This document shows positions 59,037 to 63,347 of a stretch of DNA of 63,347 nucleotides, piece after piece. Origin of the DNA: Acidaminococcaceae bacterium (GTDB taxonomy: Bacteria > Bacillota > Negativicutes > Acidaminococcales > Acidaminococcaceae); assembly GCA_051653445.1 (NCBI GenBank), contig JBOFWD010000154.1:1-63347 (forward strand), given 5' to 3'. Position 1 is the first letter of the stretch. Every line of letters begins with the position of its first letter. Under the pieces are notes generated by a model, which saw only the letters and a list, made by a program, of their open reading frames with translations, ran no database searches and had not been told where the DNA came from. A program made the translations under genes and the position numbers.

Positions 59037-60326
59037 ATGCCATCAGTAGTAGTAATCGGCTCGCAATGGGGCGATGAAGGTAAAGGTAAGATTGTTGATT
59101 ATTTGGCTGAAAAAGCCGAGGTCGTCGTACGTTATTCAGGTGGTTCCAATGCTGGTCATACTGTTGTTGTTGATAATGTCGCCTATAAACTTCGTTTACT
59201 GCCTTCCGGTATTCTTTACCCTGGTAAAACTTGTTTCTTGGGTAATGGTGTTGTCATCAATCCAAGTGTTGTTTTAAAAGAAATTCATGACATAAAAGCA
59301 CAAGGCGTTGATATCAGCCGCATGCTGATTTCTGATCGCGCTCATGTTGTATTGCCTTATCATGCGCGTCTTGACGAACTGCAGGAGGATGCTCTCGGAA
59401 GCAATAAGATCGGTACTACCAAAGGTGGTATTGGACCTTGCTATATGGACAAAGTAGCGCGCACAGGCATCCGTATGTGTGATTTTATTGACCCGGAAGT
59501 TTTTGCTGAAAAATTAAAAATTCAATTAGCGGCTAAAAATGCTATTATCACTAAAATTTATGGCGGCGAGCCGTTTGATTATGATGAAATGCTTAAAGAA
59601 TACCTCGCTTACGCTGATGAATTACGTCCATATGTAACTGATACAGGTGCTGCTCTTGATGAAGTATTCCAAAGCGGCAAATCTGTTTTGTTTGAAGGAG
59701 CACAAGCGACTTTCCTCGATATCGACCACGGTACATATCCTTATGTAACAAGTTCTAATCCTACTGCCGGTAATGCTACAACAGGCAGCGGTATTGGACC
59801 TCGTGCTATTGATCATGTGATTGGCGTTGTAAAAGCTTATACAACGCGTGTTGGAGAAGGCCCTTTTGTTACTGAGTTGCTTGATACTGATGGCCCGGGC
59901 ACTAAATTGCGTGAAACAGGTCATGAATATGGTACCGTTACAGGCCGTGCACGCCGCTGCGGTTGGCTTGATGCCGTTATCGTAAGAACTGCCGCAAGAT
60001 TGAACAGTTTGGATTATTTAGCTATCACACGGCTTGATATCCTTGACAGCATGCCAAAAATAAAAATGTGTGTTGGCTACAAATATGAAGGACAGGAAAT
60101 AAAACACATTCCTGCCAGCCTGAAGGTTTTGGCTCAGGTTGAGCCGGTTTATGAAGAATTTGATGGCTGGATGACAGACATCTCGGGCATTCGTAAATAT
60201 GAGGATTTGCCTGTTAATGCCCGTAAGTATCTGGAGCGCCTCAGTGAAGTAGCTGGTGTTGAACTTGGTATTGTCTCCGTAGGTGCCGGACGTCAACAAA
60301 CTATCGTTTTGAAAGAGTTACTGTAA
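59037..60326 (+). CDS. purA: adenylosuccinate synthetase
   Basis: 429 aa. GSQWGDEGKGK P-loop and GTTKGGIGP. Confidence 0.97.
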   Translation: MPSVVVIGSQWGDEGKGKIVDYLAEKAEVVVRYSGGSNAGHTVVVDNVAYKLRLLPSGILYPGKTCFLGNGVVINPSVVLKEIHDIKAQGVDISRMLISDRAHVVLPYHARLDELQEDALGSNKIGTTKGGIGPCYMDKVARTGIRMCDFIDPEVFAEKLKIQLAAKNAIITKIYGGEPFDYDEMLKEYLAYADELRPYVTDTGAALDEVFQSGKSVLFEGAQATFLDIDHGTYPYVTSSNPTAGNATTGSGIGPRAIDHVIGVVKAYTTRVGEGPFVTELLDTDGPGTKLRETGHEYGTVTGRARRCGWLDAVIVRTAARLNSLDYLAITRLDILDSMPKIKMCVGYKYEGQEIKHIPASLKVLAQVEPVYEEFDGWMTDISGIRKYEDLPVNARKYLERLSEVAGVELGIVSVGAGRQQTIVLKELL

Positions 60327-60402
60327 CCCCCTTTTGATATTTAGTTCGCGGGGATGATTTTTGTAATATTTTAAGATATTCGGGGGTTTGTTCAAAAATA
60401 GC

Positions 60403-60431
60403 TTGACAAACCCTTTGAATATCAGTAAACT
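60403..60431 (+). promoter_or_regulatory. candidate promoter of tRNA-Lys
   Basis: TTGACA-17 nt-TAAACT, about 30 nt upstream of the tRNA 5' end. Confidence 0.45.
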
Positions 60432-60462
60432 GATAATGTTGTTTCTGAGAAACAACTGTTGT

Positions 60463-60538
60463 GATCCACTAGCTCAGTCGGTAGAGCACCTGACTTTTAA
60501 TCAGGGTGTCCCGCGTTCGAGTCGCGGGTGGATCACCA
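60463..60538 (+). tRNA. tRNA-Lys (anticodon UUU), CCA encoded
   Basis: Hand-folded cloverleaf. Acceptor gatccac/gtggatc, D arm gctc-agtcggta-gagc, anticodon arm cctga-cTTTTaa-tcagg, T arm ccgcg-ttcgagt-cgcgg, discriminator A, CCA. Length is 76 nt. Confidence 0.95.
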
Positions 60539-60872
60539 TTTTTTTGTATATTTTGGCATTGCATATGTCAAGGGCGAGATAGTGGAAATATAATAATGGC
60601 AAAATAAATAGATGAACAGCAAAGAAGCTACAGGCATATATTCCTGCAGCTATTTTTTTTGCCGATTTTTCATAGTTGGCTTTATTTTTGGCTTTGAAAA
60701 GAAGGCTTTTGTTTTTGTAAACAAAAAAGGAATATTTAATAAGAAATCAGAGAGACCGCGTTTTTTGAATCAGAAACATATAAAAAGCAGGAAAATTGCG
60801 AAAATTATAGAATTTTATTACAATAATATGTATCTATATATGCTTTAGAGCAGAAATTTAGCGTGAGGGGAT

Positions 60873-62006
60873 GTGTTTGCATTGAAACTGAAACATTTTA
60901 TTAGTTTATGCCTTGGGTTTGCTTTTTCTTTCTTTATTATTTTTTCACCGCTGGCTTCTGCAGAGCAAGTTAAGTTCAAAGAGGGTGGATGCAGTTTTAG
61001 TCTGCCTGTGTACGAGCCTTATGAAAAATTCGAAGCAAGTTGGGATGGACCATGTATAAGCGGGTTGGCAGATGGTGAAGGTTTTGTAAAATATACTATT
61101 GAGTATAAAGACAAAACAAAATATGAAGCTGAAGGCAGGATGACAATGCAAAAAGGCATTGCCAACGGCAAAGCCTCTTTGAAGTATACCAGCGGCGATA
61201 AATTTGAGCTCAATTTTGTTAATGGTGAACCGCAAAGCGGAACCATAATACGCGCTGACGGCAGAAAATACGAGGGGGAACTTTACCACAACTATGCGCA
61301 TGGCAAGGGCCTTTTTATAAGAGCTGACGGATCAAGCTATGACGGTTATTTCAAGATGAATAATCAGCATGGGTATGGTATTGAACGTGATAAAAGTGGG
61401 AATATCATTTATCAGGGTGAGTGGCTTAATGGCTTCCGCGCAGATGATCCAGCCGCTAATCGCAAACTCGAAGGATTTTTAGCCATGCCTTGGAAAACAG
61501 AACGTAAGGTTGCTGAGGAAACTCTTAACAAGCGGCCGGGAACAGAATATATAAACATGGCCTTTTTGGGTAAATTTTATGGCTATGGTGACAAACTGCC
61601 CAGCCCACAAAAAGGTAGGTACTATAGTGTTACAGGTAAGTTCAATAATGAAACCGCTGAAATAACGGTTTGGTTCTATGAAGACCAGCTGGCGGGAGGT
61701 CGTGCAAGCTTCTTTAATACGGAGCAGGAAATTATTGGTAAGTTTGAAGAAACTAAGAAAAACCTGATTGCGAAATATGGCAACCCTAGCAGTGTGGAAG
61801 GAACAGCAGCAGGTTCCTTGAGCAGATGGTTTTTTAATGACTACAATTCTATTACTTTGTATATTCGTAAGCTTGGCTATGAAAACAACTCGGCACTGCC
61901 GGCAGAAAAGAAAAAACCTTTCAATCTGACTATTGAGTATTTGAATTATGAACTCATGCAAAAAATCAATCCTGCACCAGCGGCAGCAACTAGCAGTGAT
62001 TTTTAA
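60873..62006 (+). CDS. secreted MORN-repeat protein
   Basis: 377 aa with a GTG start after gtgagggg. Signal peptide ...FSPLASA-EQ. Repeated Y-x-G-x-x-x-x-G-x-x-x-G units (YEGELYHNYAHGKG, YDGYFKMNNQHGYG, YQGEWLNG). I do not recognise the C-terminal half. Confidence 0.7.
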   Translation: MFALKLKHFISLCLGFAFSFFIIFSPLASAEQVKFKEGGCSFSLPVYEPYEKFEASWDGPCISGLADGEGFVKYTIEYKDKTKYEAEGRMTMQKGIANGKASLKYTSGDKFELNFVNGEPQSGTIIRADGRKYEGELYHNYAHGKGLFIRADGSSYDGYFKMNNQHGYGIERDKSGNIIYQGEWLNGFRADDPAANRKLEGFLAMPWKTERKVAEETLNKRPGTEYINMAFLGKFYGYGDKLPSPQKGRYYSVTGKFNNETAEITVWFYEDQLAGGRASFFNTEQEIIGKFEETKKNLIAKYGNPSSVEGTAAGSLSRWFFNDYNSITLYIRKLGYENNSALPAEKKKPFNLTIEYLNYELMQKINPAPAAATSSDF

Positions 62007-62020
62007 TCCATAGGAAATGT

Positions 62021-62054
62021 AAAGAGCCCTTCCGTGTTTTTGGAAGGGCTCTTT
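62021..62054. terminator. bidirectional terminator between convergent genes
   Basis: aaagagcccttcc-gtgtttt-tggaagggctcttt. Confidence 0.85.
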
Positions 62055-62071
62055 AATGCAATTTTTATTTA

Positions 62072-62731
62072 TTAGCCTTTATTATTGGGGCAGCTGCCGT
62101 TGTGTTGACCTTGCATCATGTTTTTATGCATTCCGTTTTTAGGACCGAAGTGTTTGCCGTCTTTCATATTTTGCAGCATTTGATCGGCTTGTTCCTGGGT
62201 TATTTTACCGTCGGCAACGGCTTTAGCTAGGTGGTCTTTAGCTAATTCAAGATGTTTGGCCATGAATTGGTCGTAAACACCGGCATCCTTGGCTATTTCA
62301 TGCATGGGTTTATGATTGTTGTGTGCTTCTTCTTTGATGCTTTCTACATCGCGGCCGGTAAGGTCAGCCAAGATTTTAGCACCTTGCTCACGCATTATGC
62401 CGTGACCTTCATGCATACCTTTGTCAGTACAAGATTGTTTGTGGCCGTCAGGCCCCATATGTTGAGCGGCAGAGCCTTTGTGCATTTGGCCCTGACCTGT
62501 ACAGACACCAGTGCCAGGTCCTTGATGCTGATGCTTGTTATGTTCTGGGTAATTAGAGGCGCCGGCATCGCCTGCGTTCTTTTCTTGCATTGCCTGTTGA
62601 ACTAAATTGCGCATTTTGTGAGGGTTTTGCTCATAGTCGCTTGTATCGCCGGAAGTTGCTGCAAAAACAGTTGAAGCACCGAGAGCGGCAACTAAGGTGC
62701 CTATAAGCAGAGCTGATTTCATTTTTTTCAT
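62072..62731 (-). CDS. secreted His/Met/Gly-rich protein with a CpxP/Spy/ZraP- or DUF2680-like helical C-terminal part
   Basis: 219 aa. Signal peptide MKKMKSALLIGTLVAALGASTVFA. H/M/G-rich tracts (HNKHQHQGPG, QMHKGSAAQHMGPDGHK, GMHEGHG, GMHKNMMQGQHNG). KITQEQADQMLQNMKD resembles an LTXXQ-type motif. Confidence 0.55.
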   Translation of the reverse strand: MKKMKSALLIGTLVAALGASTVFAATSGDTSDYEQNPHKMRNLVQQAMQEKNAGDAGASNYPEHNKHQHQGPGTGVCTGQGQMHKGSAAQHMGPDGHKQSCTDKGMHEGHGIMREQGAKILADLTGRDVESIKEEAHNNHKPMHEIAKDAGVYDQFMAKHLELAKDHLAKAVADGKITQEQADQMLQNMKDGKHFGPKNGMHKNMMQGQHNGSCPNNKG

Positions 62732-62923
62732 ATAAATCTCTCCTTTATTTTTTACTTATTAGTTTTTGGATTAGCTGTTTGTTTAGCTTTGAGTTCAGTA
62801 TAGATCTGAATTATGACAAAATAATGTTTTTTTTCGACAAAAAATTTGCTGTTTTTGGGTAAAACAGCCATAAAAAAAACATAAAACCCAGTATAATTAA
62901 AGGAAAGAAAGGCGGTGGTCGGA

Positions 62924-63347
62924 GTGGGCAAAATTTTGATTGTTGATGATAACGAACAAATTACCTCTATCCTGTCTAACTATGCTAAAAAAGAGGGTTT
63001 CGAACCTCTAATAGCTTTAGACGGCGATGATGCTATAGCAAAATTTAATCAGCATAATGCGGAAATAAAAATAATATTATTGGATGTTATGATGCCGAAA
63101 AAAGACGGGTTTGAAGTATGCAGGGAGATAAGACAAACTTCCATGGTGCCGATTATCATGGTCACTGCTCGCGGTGAAGATTTTGAGAAAATAATGGGTT
63201 TGGATATTGGTGCCGACGATTATATCGTAAAACCTTTTTCCGCAGGCGAAGTAATGGCGAGAATAAGGGCTACTCTCAGAAGGATGCAGATGGAAAAGCA
63301 GGCTAAGAACAGCTTTGCCATTGATAATCTGATGATTGATCTGGATG
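62924..63347 (+). CDS. OmpR-family response regulator, N-terminal part (runs off the window)
   Basis: Own translation: VGKILIVDDNEQITSIL...LLDVMMPKKDGFEVCREIR...VTARGEDFEKIMGLDIGADDYIVKPF, then the start of the winged-helix domain. Start is GTG 62924, or in-frame GTG 62915. Confidence 0.9.
   Translation, partial: MGKILIVDDNEQITSILSNYAKKEGFEPLIALDGDDAIAKFNQHNAEIKIILLDVMMPKKDGFEVCREIRQTSMVPIIMVTARGEDFEKIMGLDIGADDYIVKPFSAGEVMARIRATLRRMQMEKQAKNSFAIDNLMIDLD

Noticed and set aside
60540-60872. 78-aa ORF (60612-60848) and a possible ~70-nt small transcript ending at the hairpin agctacagg-catatatt-cctgcagct plus T8 (60633-60668)
   Set aside because: The ORF reads straight through a good terminator hairpin and consists of low-complexity Phe/Lys-rich sequence. 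The only nearby -10 (tataat, about 60585) lacks a convincing -35. It may be a tRNA-trailer terminator, which is not enough evidence for a gene or sRNA call.
61479-61961. 160-aa minus-strand ORF opposite the MORN-repeat gene
   Set aside because: It is a shadow frame. The plus-strand protein has a signal peptide and clear repeat periodicity.

Overview
This window is the chromosomal replication-origin region of a Firmicutes (Bacillota)-type genome. It is centred on rpmH<-oriC->dnaA-dnaN-yaaA-recF-(DUF721)-remB-gyrB...gyrA. Almost every gene left of about 31.3 kb is on the minus strand: rnpA, yidD, yidC, jag, mnmE, mnmG, rsmG, noc, parA, parB, a liv ABC transporter, ychF, panBCD, ftsH. Almost every gene to the right is on the plus strand: the replication genes, a three-gene glycerol-3-phosphate dehydrogenase-like cluster, rarD, a T-box-controlled ilv pair, rpsF-ssb-rpsR, yybS-gdpP-rplI-dnaB, purB, purA, tRNA-Lys. 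Most of the window is ordinary, well-understood core genome, and I do not see a convincing complete novel multi-gene system. The non-coding layer is richer. It contains a bipartite oriC, with a perfect palindromic DnaA-box pair upstream of dnaA and a box/GC-cluster/DnaA-trio/AT-rich unwinding module in front of dnaN. It also contains a separate DnaA-box cluster about 14 kb to the right and a perfect parS inside a 38-bp palindrome. Further elements are a pan-motif-like attenuator leader, a T-box leader, a PurBox pair and a MITE-like palindromic element. The best leads for something new or under-described are listed here. (1) A DUF721 (DciA-type) protein with a C-terminal zinc-ribbon extension lies between recF and remB. 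(2) An orphan 458-aa protein looks like a catalytically degenerate UxaE-type TIM barrel and sits just downstream of the DnaA-box cluster. (3) An AT-rich islet at the left edge encodes an FRG-domain protein next to DinD, DJ-1/PfpI and YegP homologs. (4) A His/Met-rich secreted protein is transcribed divergently from an OmpR-type response regulator. All coordinates, starts and motif matches were read by eye from the sequence and ORF track. Family assignments rest on recognised motifs and remembered homologs, not on searches.
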